Made by a program: the position numbers and the translations under genes. Shown here in pieces: positions 7,701 to 19,700 of a DNA stretch of 64,000 nucleotides (its first letter is position 1; each line of letters starts with the position of its first letter). The notes under the pieces are model-generated. The model worked only from the letters and a program-made list of their open reading frames with translations, ran no database searches and was not told the DNA's origin. Location of the stretch: NCBI GenBank assembly GCA_002189035.1, contig NEEC01000012.1, forward strand, positions 3,286,001-3,350,000, read 5' to 3'. This stretch comes from Utricularia gibba. Lineage: Eukaryota > Plantae > Magnoliophyta.

Positions 7701-10700
7701 CGGCCGGCATACCGTTTCGAAGCCCGTTCCGAGCCGGTCATCTTCCGTGTTGAAAGCTTCTTTATCCGAGGTTGCATCAGAGCTCGAATTATCGTCTTAT
7801 CATAGCCTTTAGATGTGCCACAAATTGGCCACCACGTTCGCGACGATGCGACTCGGAAAACGAGAATCGACGCGATTGTGATTTTCGGTTTGCAAAACAT
7901 GTTCGTTTTATTGGGTGATGAGAAGTATGGGTTTTCGAGGCGATCTCAGAACAAGCTCTGGGTGTGTTCCTACCGCAGCCTCATGGTGGCCTCGCACACC
8001 GTTCGGCATCTCTTCGATATCTTGAAGATCGTGGTGAGTCACGCTGCGCCTGGCATACCGTTTCGAAGCCCGTTCCGAGCCGGTCATATTCCGTGTTGAA
8101 AGCTTTTTCCTCCGAGGATGCATCAGAGCTCGAATTATCGCCTTATAGTAGCCTTCAGATGTGCCACAAATTGGCCACCACGTTCGCGAGGATGCGACTC
8201 GGAAAACGAGAATCGACCCGATTGTGATTGTCGGGTTGCAAAATGTGCGTTTTATTGGGTGATGTGAAGTATGGGTTTTCAAGGCGATCTATGAACAAGC
8301 TCTAGGTGTGTTCCTACCCGCAACCTCATGGTGGCCTCGCACACCGTTCGGTATTTCGGCCATATCCTGAAAACCGTGATGAGTCAAGCTGCGCTCGGCA
8401 TACCGTTTCGAACCCCTTTCCGTGCCGGTCAGCTTCCGTGTTGAAAGCATCTTCGTCCGAGGATGCATCAGAGCTCGAATTATCGCCTTATATTAGCCTT
8501 CAGATGTGCCAAAAATTGGCCACCACGTTCGCGACGATGCGACTCGGAAACGAGAATCGACGCATATGTGATTTTCGCCTTGCAAAACATATGCGTTTTA
8601 TTGGGTGACGTGAAGTATGGGTTTTCGAGGCGATCTCTGAACAATCTCTGGGTGTGTCCCTACCTGCAGCCTCATGGTGGCCTCGCACACCGTTCGGTAT
8701 TTCGGCCATATCCTGAAAACCGTGATGAGTCATGCTGCGCCCGGCATACCGTTTCGAAGCCTTTTCCGAGCCGGTCAGCTTCTGTGTTGAAAGCTTTTTC
8801 GTGCGAGGATGCATAAGAGTTCGAAATATCGCCTTATCTTAGCCTTTAGATGTGCCACAAATTGGCCACCACGTTCGCGACGATGCGACTCGGAACACGA
8901 GAATCGATGCGATTGTGATTTTCGCCTTGAAAAACATCTGCGTTTTATTGGGTGACGTGAAGTATGGGTTTTCGAGGCGATCTCTGAAGAAGCTCTGAGT
9001 GTGTCCCTACCCGCAGCCTCATGGTGGCCTCGCACACCGTTCGGCATCTCATCGATATCTTGAAGATCATGATGAGTCACGCTGCGCCCGGCATACCGTT
9101 TCGAAGCCCTTTCCGAGCCGGTCAGCTTCCGTGTTGATAGCTTTTTCGTCCGAGGATGCATAAGAGTTCGAATTATCGCCTTATCTTAGCCTTCAGATGT
9201 GCCACAAAGTGGCCACCACGTTCGCGAGGATGCGACTCGAAACACGAGAATCGACGCGATTGTGATTTTCAGCTTGCAAAAGATCTGCCTTTTATTGGAT
9301 GACGTGAAGTATGGGTTTTCGATGCGTTTTCTGAACAAGCTCTGGGCGTGTCCCTACCTGCAACCTCATGGTGGCCTCGAACACCGTTCGGTATTTCGGC
9401 CATATCCTGAAAAACCGTGATGAGTCAAGCTGCGCTCGGCATACCGTTTCGAACCCCTTTCCGTGCCGGTCAGCTTCCGTGTTGAAAGCATCTTCGTCCG
9501 AGGATGCATCAGAGCTCGAAGTATCGCCTTATATTAGCCTTCAGATGTGCCACAAATTGGCCACCACGTTCGCGACGATGCGACTCGGAACACGAGAATC
9601 GATGCGATTGTGATTTTCGCCTTGAAAAACATCTGCGTTTTATTGGATGACGTGAAGTATGGGTTTTCGAGGCGATCTCTGAACAAGCTCTGGGTGTGTC
9701 CCTACCCGCAGCCTCATGGTGGCCTCGCACACCGTTCGTATTTCGGCCATATCCTGAAAATCGTGATGAGTCAAGCTGCGCTCGGCATACCGTTTCGAAC
9801 CCTCTTTCCGTGCCGGTCAGCTTCCATGTGGAAAGCCTCTTCGTCCGAGGATGCATCAGAGCTCGAATTATCGCCTTATATTAGCCTTCAGATGTGCCAC
9901 AAATTGGCCACCACGTTCGTGACGATGCGACTCGGAAAACAAGAATCGACCCGATTGTGATTTTCGCCTTGCAAAACATCTGCGTTTTATTGGGTGACGT
10001 GAAGTATGGGTTTTCGAGGCGATCTCTGAACAATCTCTGGTGTGTCCCTACCCGTAGCCTCATGGTGGCCTCGCACACCGTTCGGCATCTCGTCGATATC
10101 TTGAATATCATAATGAGTCACGCTGCGCACGACATACCGTTTCGAAGCCCTTTCCGAGCCGGTCAGCTTCCGTGTTGAAAGCTTCTTCGTCCAAGGATGC
10201 ATCAGAGCTCGAATTATCACCTTAACTTAGCCTTCAGATGTGCCAAAATTGGCCACCACGTTCGCGACGATGCGACTCGGAAAACGAGAATCGACGCGAT
10301 TGTGATTTTCGCCTTGCAAAACATCTGCGTTTTATTGGGTGACATGAAGTATGGGTTTTCGAGCGATCTGTGAACAAGCTCTGGTGTGTCCCTACCCGCA
10401 GCCTCAAGGTGGCCTCGCACACCGTTCGGCATCTCTTCGATATCTTGAAAACCGTGATGAGTCATGCTGCGCCCGGCATACCGTTTCGAACCCCTTTCCG
10501 TGCCGGTCAGCTTCCGTGTTGAAAGCATCTTCGTCGAGGATGCATCAAAGCTCGAATTATCGCCTTATATTAGCCTTTAGATGTGCCACAAATTGGCCAC
10601 CACGTTCGCGACGATGCGACTCGGAAAACGAGAATCGACGCGATTGTGATTTTCACCTTGCAAAACATCTGCGTTTTATTGAAAGACGTGAAGTATGGGT

Positions 10701-13700
10701 TTTCGATGCGATCTCTGAACAAGCTCTTGGTGTGTCCCTACCTGCAGCCTCATGGTGGCTCGCACAACGTTCGGTATTTCGGCCATATCCTGAAAACCGT
10801 GACGAGTCAAGCTGCGCTCGGCATAACCGTTTCGAACCTCTTTCCGTGCCGGTCAGCTTCCATGTGGAAAGCATCTTCGTCCGAGGATGCATCAGAGCTC
10901 GAATTATCGCCTTATATTAGCCTTCAGATGTGCCACAAATTGGCCACCACGTTCGCGACGATGCGACTCAGAAAACGAGAATCGACCCGATTGTGATTTC
11001 GGGTTGCAAAACATCTGCGTTTTATTGGGTGACGTGAAGTATGGGTTTTCGCGGCGATCTCTGAACAAGCTCTGGGTGTGTTCCTACCTGCAGCCTCATG
11101 GTGGCCACGCACACCGTTCGCATCTCGTCGATATCTTGAAAACCGTCATGAGTCATGCTGCGCACGGCATACCGTTTCGAACCCCTTTCCGTGCCGGTCA
11201 GCTTCCGTGTTGAAAGCATCTTCGTCCGAGGATGCATCAGAGCTCGAATTATCGCCTTATTTAGCCTTCAGATGTGCCAAAAATTGGCCACCACGTTCGC
11301 GACGATGCGACTCGGAAAACGAGAATCGACGCATATGTGATTTTCGCCTTGCAAAACATATGCGTTTTATTGGGTGACGTGAAGTATGGGTTTTCGAGGC
11401 GATCTCTGAACAAGCTCTGGGTGTGTCCTACCTGCAGCCTCATGGTGGCCTCGCACACCGTTCGGTATTTCGGCCATATCCTGAAAACCGTGATGAGTCA
11501 TGCTGCGCCCGGCATACCGTTTCGAACCCCTTTCCGTGCCGGTCAGCTTCCGTGTTGAAAGCATCTTCGTCCGAGGATGCATCAGAGCTCGAAGTATCGC
11601 CTTATATTAGCCTTCAGATGTGCCACAAATTGGCCACCACGTTCGCGACGATGCGACTCGGAACACGAGAATCGATGCGATTGTGATTTTCGCCTTGAAA
11701 AACATCTGCGTTTTATTGGGTGACGTGAAGTATGGGTTTTCGAGGCGATCTCTGAACAAGCTCTGAGTGTGTCCCTACCCGCAGCCTCATGGTGGCCTCG
11801 CACACCGTTCGGCATCTCATCGATATCTTGAAGATCATGATGAGTCACGCTGCGCCGGCATACCGTTTCGAAGCCTTTCCGAGCCGGTCAGCTTCCGTGT
11901 TGAAAGCTTTTTCGTGCGAGGATGCATAAGAGTTCGAATATCGCCTTATCTTAGCCTTCAGATGTGCCACAAATTGGCCACCACGTTCGCGACGATGCGA
12001 CTCGGAACACGAGAATCGATGCGATTGTGATTTTCGCCTTGAAAAACATCTGCGTTTTATTGGGTGACGTGAAGTATGGGTTTTCGAGGCGATCTCTGAA
12101 CAAGCTCTGAGTGTGTCCCTACCCGCAGCCTCATGGTGGCCTCGCACACCGTTCGGCATCTCATCGATATCTTGAAGATCATGATGAGTCACGCTGCGCC
12201 GGCATACCGTTTCGAAGCCCTTTCCGAGCCGGTCAGCTTCCGTGTTGAAGCTTTTTCGTCCGAGGATGCATAAGAGTTCGAAATATCGCCTTATCTTAGC
12301 CTTCAGATGTGCCACAAATTGGCCACCACGTTCGCGACGATGCGACTCGGAACACGAGAATCGATGCGATTGTGATTTTCGCCTTGAAAAACATCTGCGT
12401 TTTATTGGATGACGTGAAGTATGGGTTTTCGAGGCGATCTCTGAACAAGCTCTGGGTGTGTCCTACCCGCAGCCTCATGGTGGCCTCGCACACCGTTCGG
12501 TATTTCGGCCATATCCTGAAAATCGTGATGAGTCAAGCTGCGCTCGGCATACCGTTTCGAACCCCTTTCCGTGCCGGTCAGCTTCCGTGTTGAAAGCTTC
12601 TTCGTCCGAGGATGCATCAGAGCTCGAATTATCGCCTTATATTAGCCTTCAGATGTGCCACAAATTGGCCACCACGTTCGCGACGATGCGACTCGGAACA
12701 CGAGAATCGATGCGATTGTGATTTTCGCCTTGAAAAACATCTGCGTTTTATTGGATGACGTGAAGTATGGGTTTTCGAGGCGATCTCTGAACAAGCTCTG
12801 GGTGTGTCCTACCCGCAGCCTCATGGTGGCCTCGCACACCGTTCGGTATTTCGGCCATATCCTGAAAATCGTGATGAGTCAAGCTGCGCTCGGCATACCG
12901 TTTCGAACCCCTTTCCGTGCCGGTCAGCTTCCGTGTTGAAAGCTTCTTCGTCCGAGGATGCATTAGAGCTCGAATTATCGCCTTATATTAGCCTTCAGAT
13001 GTGCCACAAATTGGCCACCACGTTCGCGACGATGCGACTCGGAAAACGAGAATCGACCCGATTGTGATTGTCGGGTTGCAAAACATGTGCGTTTTATTGG
13101 GTGATGTGAAGTATGGGTTTTCGAGGCGATCTCTGAACAAGCTCTGGGTGTGTCCCTACCTGCAGCCTCATGGTGGCCTCGCACACCGTTCGGTATTTCG
13201 GCCATATCCTGAAAACCGTGATGAGTCATGCTGTGCCCGGCATACCGTTTCGAACCCTTTCCGTGCCGGTCAGCTTCCGTGTTGAAAGCTTCTTCGTCCG
13301 AGGATGCATCAAAGCTCGAATTATCGCCTTATCTTAGCCTTCAGATGGGCCACAAAGTGGCCACCATGTTCGCGAGGATGCGACTCGGAACACGAGAATC
13401 GACGCGATTGTGATTTTCAGCTTGCAAAAGATCTGCCTTTTATTGGATGACGTGAAGTATGGGTTTTCGATGCGTTCTCTGAACAAGCTCTGGGTGTGTC
13501 CCTACCTGCAGCCTCATGGTGGCTCGCACAACGTTCGGTATTTCGGCCATATCCTGAAAACCGTGATGAGTCATGCTGCGCCCGGCATACCGTTTCAAAC
13601 CCTTTCCGTGCCGGTCAGCTTCCGTGTTGAAAGCTTCTTCGTCCGAGGATGCATCAAAGCTCGAATTATCGCCTTATCTTAGCCTTTAGATGTGCCACAA

Positions 13701-16700
13701 ATTTGCCACCACGTTCGCGACGATGCGACTCGGAACACGAGAATCGACGCGATTGTGATTTTCGCCTTGCAAAACATCTGCGTTTTATTGGATGACGTGA
13801 AGTATGGGTTTTCGAGGCGATCTCTGAACAAGCTCTGGGTGTGTCCCTACCGCAGCCTCATGGTGGCCTCGCACACCGTTCGGTATTTCGGCCATATCCT
13901 GAAAATCGTGATGAGTCAAGCTGCGCTCGGCATACCGTTTCGAACCCCTTTCCGTGCCGGTCAGCTTCCGTGTTGAAAGCTTCTTCGTCCGAGGATGCAT
14001 CAGAGCTCGAATTATCGCCTTATATTAGCCTTCAGATGTGCCACAAATTGGCCACTACGTTCGCGACGATGCGACTCGGAACACGAGAATCGATGCGATT
14101 GTGATTTTCGCCTTGCAAAACATCTGCGTTTTATTGAAAGACGTGAAGTATGGGTTTTCGATGCGATCTCTGAACAACCTCTTGGTGTGTCCCTACCTGC
14201 AGCCTCATGGTGGCCACGCACACCGTTCGGCATCTCGTCGATATCTTGAAGATCATGATGATTCACGCTGCGCCCGGCATCTCGTTTCGAAGCCCGTTCC
14301 GAGCCGGTCATCTTCCGTGTTGAAAGCTTCTTCGTCCGAGGATGCATTAGAGCTCGAATTATCGCCTTATATTAGCCTTCAGATGTGCCACAAATTGGCC
14401 ACCACGTGGTGGCCTCGCACACCGTTCAACATCTCGTGGTGGCCTCGAGATGGACGCGATTGTGATTTTCGCCTTGCAAAACATCTGCGTTTTATTGGAT
14501 GACGTGAAGCATGGGTTTTCGATGCGATCTCTGAAAGAGCTCTTGGTGTGTCCTACCTGTAGCATCATGGTGGCCACGCGCACCGTTCGGCATCTCGTCG
14601 ATATCCTGAAGACCGTGTTGAGTCACGCTGCGGCCGACATACCGCTTCGAAGTTCGTTCTGAGCCGATCATCCTCCGTGTTGAAAGCTTCTTCGTCCGAG
14701 GATGCATCAAAGCTCGAATTATCGCCTTATCTTAGCCTTTAGATGTGCCACAAATTTGCCACCACGTTCGCGACGATGCGACTCGGAACACGAGAACCGA
14801 CGCGATTGTGATTTTTGCCTTGCAAAATATCTGCGTTTTATTGGATGACGTGAAGTATGGGTTTTCGAGGCGATCTCTGAACAAGCTCTGGGTGTGTCCG
14901 TACCTGCAGCCTCATGGTGGCCTCGCACACCGTTCGGTATTTCGGCCATATCCTGAAAACCGTGATGAGTCAAGCTGCGCTCGGCATACCGTTTCGAACC
15001 CCTTTCCGTGCCGGTCAGCTTCCGTGTTGAAAGCATCTTCGTTCGAGGATGCATCAGAGCTCGAATTATCGCCTTATAGTAGCCTTCAGATGTGCCACAA
15101 ATTGGCCACCACGTTCGCGACGATGCACTCGGAACACGAGAATCGGAACACGAGAATCGACGCGATTGTGATTTTCGCCTTGCAAAACATCTGCGTTTTA
15201 TTGGGTGACGTGAAGTATGGGTTTTCGAGGCGATCTCTGAACAAGCTCTAGGTGTGTTCCTACCCGCAGCCTCATGGTGGCCTCGCACACCGTTCGGCAT
15301 CTCGTCGATATCTTGAAGATCAAGATGAGTCACGCTGCGCCGGCATACCGTTTCGAACCCTTTCCGAGCCGGTCACTTCCGTGTTGAAGCTTTTTCGTCG
15401 AGGATGCATAAGAGTTCGAATATCGCCTTATCTTAGCCTTCAGATGTGCCACAAATTGGCCACCACGTTCGCGACGATGCGACTCGGAACACGAGAATCG
15501 ATGCGATTGTGATTTTCGCCTTGAAAAACATCTGCGTTTTATTGGGTGACGTGAAGTATGGGTTTTCGAGGTGATCTCTGAAAAGCTCTGATGTGTCCCT
15601 ACCGCAGCCTCATGGTGGCCTCGCACACCGTTCGGCATCTCATCGATATCTGAAATCATGATGAGTCACGCTGCGCCCGGCATACCGTTTCGAACCCTTT
15701 CCGAGCCGGTCAGCTTCCGTGTTGAGCTTTTTCGTCCGAGGATGCATAAGAGTTCGAATATCGCCTTATCTTAGCCTTCAGATGTGCCACAAATTGGCCA
15801 CCACGTTCGCGACGATGCGACTCGGAACACGAGAATCGACGCGATTGTGATTTTCGCCTTGCAAAACATCTGCGTTTTATTGGATGACGTGAAGTATGGG
15901 TTTTCGAGGCGATCTCTGAACAAGCTCTGGGTGTGTCCCTACCCGCAGCCTCATGGTGGCCTCGCACACCGTTCGGTATTTCGGCCATATCCTGAAAATC
16001 GTGATGAGTCAGCTGCGCCCGGCATACCGTTTCGAACCCCTTTCCGTGCCGGTCAGCTTCCGTGTTGAAAGCTTCTTCGTCCGAGGATGCATCAGAGCTC
16101 GAATTATCGCCTTATATTAGCCTTCAGATGTGCCACAAATTGGCCACCACGTTCGCGACGATGCGACTCGGAACACGAGAATCGACGCGATTGTGATTTT
16201 CGCCTTGCAAAACATCTGCGTTTTATTGGATGACGTGAAGTATGGGTTTTCGAGGCGATCTCTGAACAAGCTCTGGGTGTGTCCTACCCGCAGCCTCATG
16301 GTGGCCTCGCACACCGTTCGGTATTTCGGCCATATCCTGAAAATCGTGATGAGTCACGCTGCGCCGGCATACCGTTTCGAACCCCTTTCCGTGCCGGTCA
16401 GCTTCCGTGTTGAAAGCTTCTTCGTCCGAGGATGCATCAGAGCTCGAATTATCGCCTTATATTAGCCTTCAGATGTGCCACAAATTGGCCACCACGTTCG
16501 CGACGATGCGACTCGGAACACGAGAATCGACGCGATTGTGATTTTCCTTGCAAAACATCTGCGTTTTATTGGTGACGTGAAGTATGGGTTTTCGAGCGAT
16601 CTCTGAACAAGCTCTGGGTGTGTCCCTACCGCAGCCTCATGGTGGCTCGCACACCGTTCGGCATCTCGTCGATATCTTGAAGGATGAGTCACGCTGCGCC

Positions 16701-19700
16701 CGGCATACCGTTTCGAAGCCCGTTCCGTGCCGGTCAGCTTCCGTGTTGAAAGCATCTTCGTCCGAGGATGCATCAGAGCTCGAATTATCGCCTTATATTA
16801 GCCTTCAGATGTGCCACAAATTGGCCACCACGTTCGCGACGATGCGACTCGGAACACGAGAATCGACGCGATTGTGATTTTCGGCTTGCAAAACATCTGC
16901 GTTTTATTGGGTGACGTGAAGTATGGGTTTTCGAGGCGATCTCTGAACAAGCTCTGGGTGTTCCCTACCGCAGCCTCATGGTGGCCTCGCACCGTTCGGT
17001 ATTTCGGCCATATCCTGAAACCGTGATGAGTCACGCTGCGCCCGGCATACCGTTTCGAACCCCTTTCCGTGCCGGTCAGCTTCCGTGTTGAAAGCTTTTC
17101 GTCCGAGGATGCATCAAAGCTCGAATTATCGCCTTATCTTAGCCTTCAGATGTGCCACAAATTGGCCACCACGTTCGCGACGATGCGACTCGGAACACGA
17201 GAATCGACGCGATTGTGATTTTCGGCTTGCAAAACATCTGCGTTTTATTGGATGACGTGAAGTATGGGTTTTCGAGGCGATCTCTGAACAAGCTCTGGGT
17301 GTGTCCCTACCCGCAGCCTCATGGTGGCCTCGCACACCGTTCGGTATTTCGGCATATCCTGAAAACCGTGATGAGTCAGCTGCGCCGGCATACCGTTTCG
17401 AACCCCTTTCCGTGCCGGTCAGCTTCCGTGTTGAAAGCTTCTTCGTCCGAGGATGCATCAGAGCTCGAATTATCGCCTTATATTAGCCTTCAGATGTGCC
17501 ACAAATTGGCCACCACGTTCGCGACGATGCGACTCGGAACACGAGAATCGACGCGATTGTGATTTTCGCCTTGCAAAACATCTGCGTTTTATGGGATGAC
17601 GTGAAGTATGGGTTTTCGAGGCGATCTCTGAACAAGCTCTGGGTGTGTCCCTACCCGCAGCCTCATGGTGGCCTCGCACACCGTTCGGTATTTCGGATAT
17701 CCTGAAAATCGTGATGAGTCACGCTGCGCCGGCATACCGTTTCGAACCCCTTTCCGTGCCGGTCAGCTTCCGTGTTGAAAGCTTCTTCGTCCGAGGATGC
17801 ATCAGAGCTCGAATTATCGCCTTATATTAGCCTTCAGATGTGCCACAAATTGGCCACCACGTTCGCGACGATGCGACTCGGAACACGAGAATCGACGCGA
17901 TTGTGATTTTCGCCTTGCAAAACATCTGCGTTTTATTGGATGACGTGAAGTATGGGTTTTCGAGCGATCTCTGAACAAGCTCTGGTGTGTCCCTACCGCA
18001 GCCTCATGGTGGCCTCGCACACCGTTCGGTATTCGTCGATATCTGAAGATCGTGATGAGTCACGCTGCGCCCGGCATACCGTTTCGAACCCTTTCCGTGC
18101 CGGTCAGCTTCCGTGTTGAAAGCTTCTTCGTCCGAGGATGCATCAGAGCTCGAATTATCGCCTTATATTAGCCTTCAGATGTGCACAAATTGGCCACCAC
18201 GTTCGCGACGACGAGAATCGACGCGATTGTGATTTTCGCCTTGCAAAACATCTGCGTTTTATTGGATGACGTGAAGTATGGGTTTTCGAGGCGATCTCTG
18301 AACAAGCTCTGGGTGTGTCCCTACCGCAGCCTCATGGTGGCCTCGCACACCGTTCGGTCGTCGATATCCTGAAACCGTGATGAGTCACGCTGCGGCCGGC
18401 ATACCGTTTCGAACCCCTTTCCGTGCCGGTCAGCTTCCGTGTTGAAAGCTTCTTCGTCCGAGGATGCATCAGAGCTCGAATTATCGCCTTATCTTAGCCT
18501 CAGATGTGCCACAAATTGGCCACCACGTTCGCGACGATGCGACTCGGAACACGAGAATCGACGCGATTGTGATTTTCGCCTTGCAAAACATCTGCGTTTT
18601 ATTGGGTGACGTGAAGTATGGGTTTTCGAGGCGATCTCTGAACAAGCTCTGGGTGTGTCCTACCGCAGCCTCATGGTGGCCTCGCACACCGTTCGGTATT
18701 TCGGCCATATCTGAAAACCGTGATGAGTCACGCTGCGCCGGCATACCGTTTCGAACCCCTTTCCGTGCCGGTCAGCTTCCGTGTTGAAAGCATCTTCGTC
18801 CGAGGATGCATCAGAGCTCGAATTATCGCCTTATATTAGCCTTCAGATGTGCCACAAATTGGCCACCACGTTCGCGACGATGCGACTCGGAACACGAGAA
18901 TCGACGCGATTGTGATTTTCGCCTTGCAAAACATCTGCGTTTTATTGGATGACGTGAAGTATGGGTTTTCGAGGCGATCTCTGAACAAGCTCTGGGTGTG
19001 TCCCTACCGCAGCCTCATGGTGGCCTCGCACACCGTTCGGTATTTCGGCATATCCTGAAATCGTGATGAGTCACGCTGCGCCGGCATACCGTTTCGAACC
19101 CCTTTCCGTGCCGGTCAGCTTCCGTGTTGAAAGCTTCTTCGTCCGAGGATGCATCAGAGCTCGAATTATCGCCTTATATTAGCCTTCAGATGTGCCACAA
19201 ATTGGCCACCACGTTCGCGACGATGCGACTCGGAACACGAGAATCGACGCGATTGTGATTTTCGCCTTGCAAAACATCTGCGTTTTATTGGTGACGTGAA
19301 GTATGGGTTTTCGAGGCGATCTCTGAACAAGCTCTGGGTGTGTCCCTACCGCAGCCTCATGGTGGCCTCGCACACCGTTCGGCATTCGTCGATATCTGAA
19401 ATCATGATGAGTCACGCTGCGCCCGGCATACCGTTTCGAACCCGTTCCGTGCCGGTCAGCTTCCGTGTTGAAAGCTTCTTCGTCCGAGGATGCATCAGAG
19501 CTCGAATTATCGCCTTATATTAGCCTTCAGATGTGCCACAAATTGGCCACCACGTTCGCGACGATGCGACTCGGAACACGAGAATCGACGCGATTGTGAT
19601 TTTCGCCTTGCAAAACATCTGCGTTTTATTGGGTGACGTGAAGTATGGGTTTTCGAGGCGATCTCTGAACAAGCTCTGGGTGTGTCCCTACCGCAGCCTC

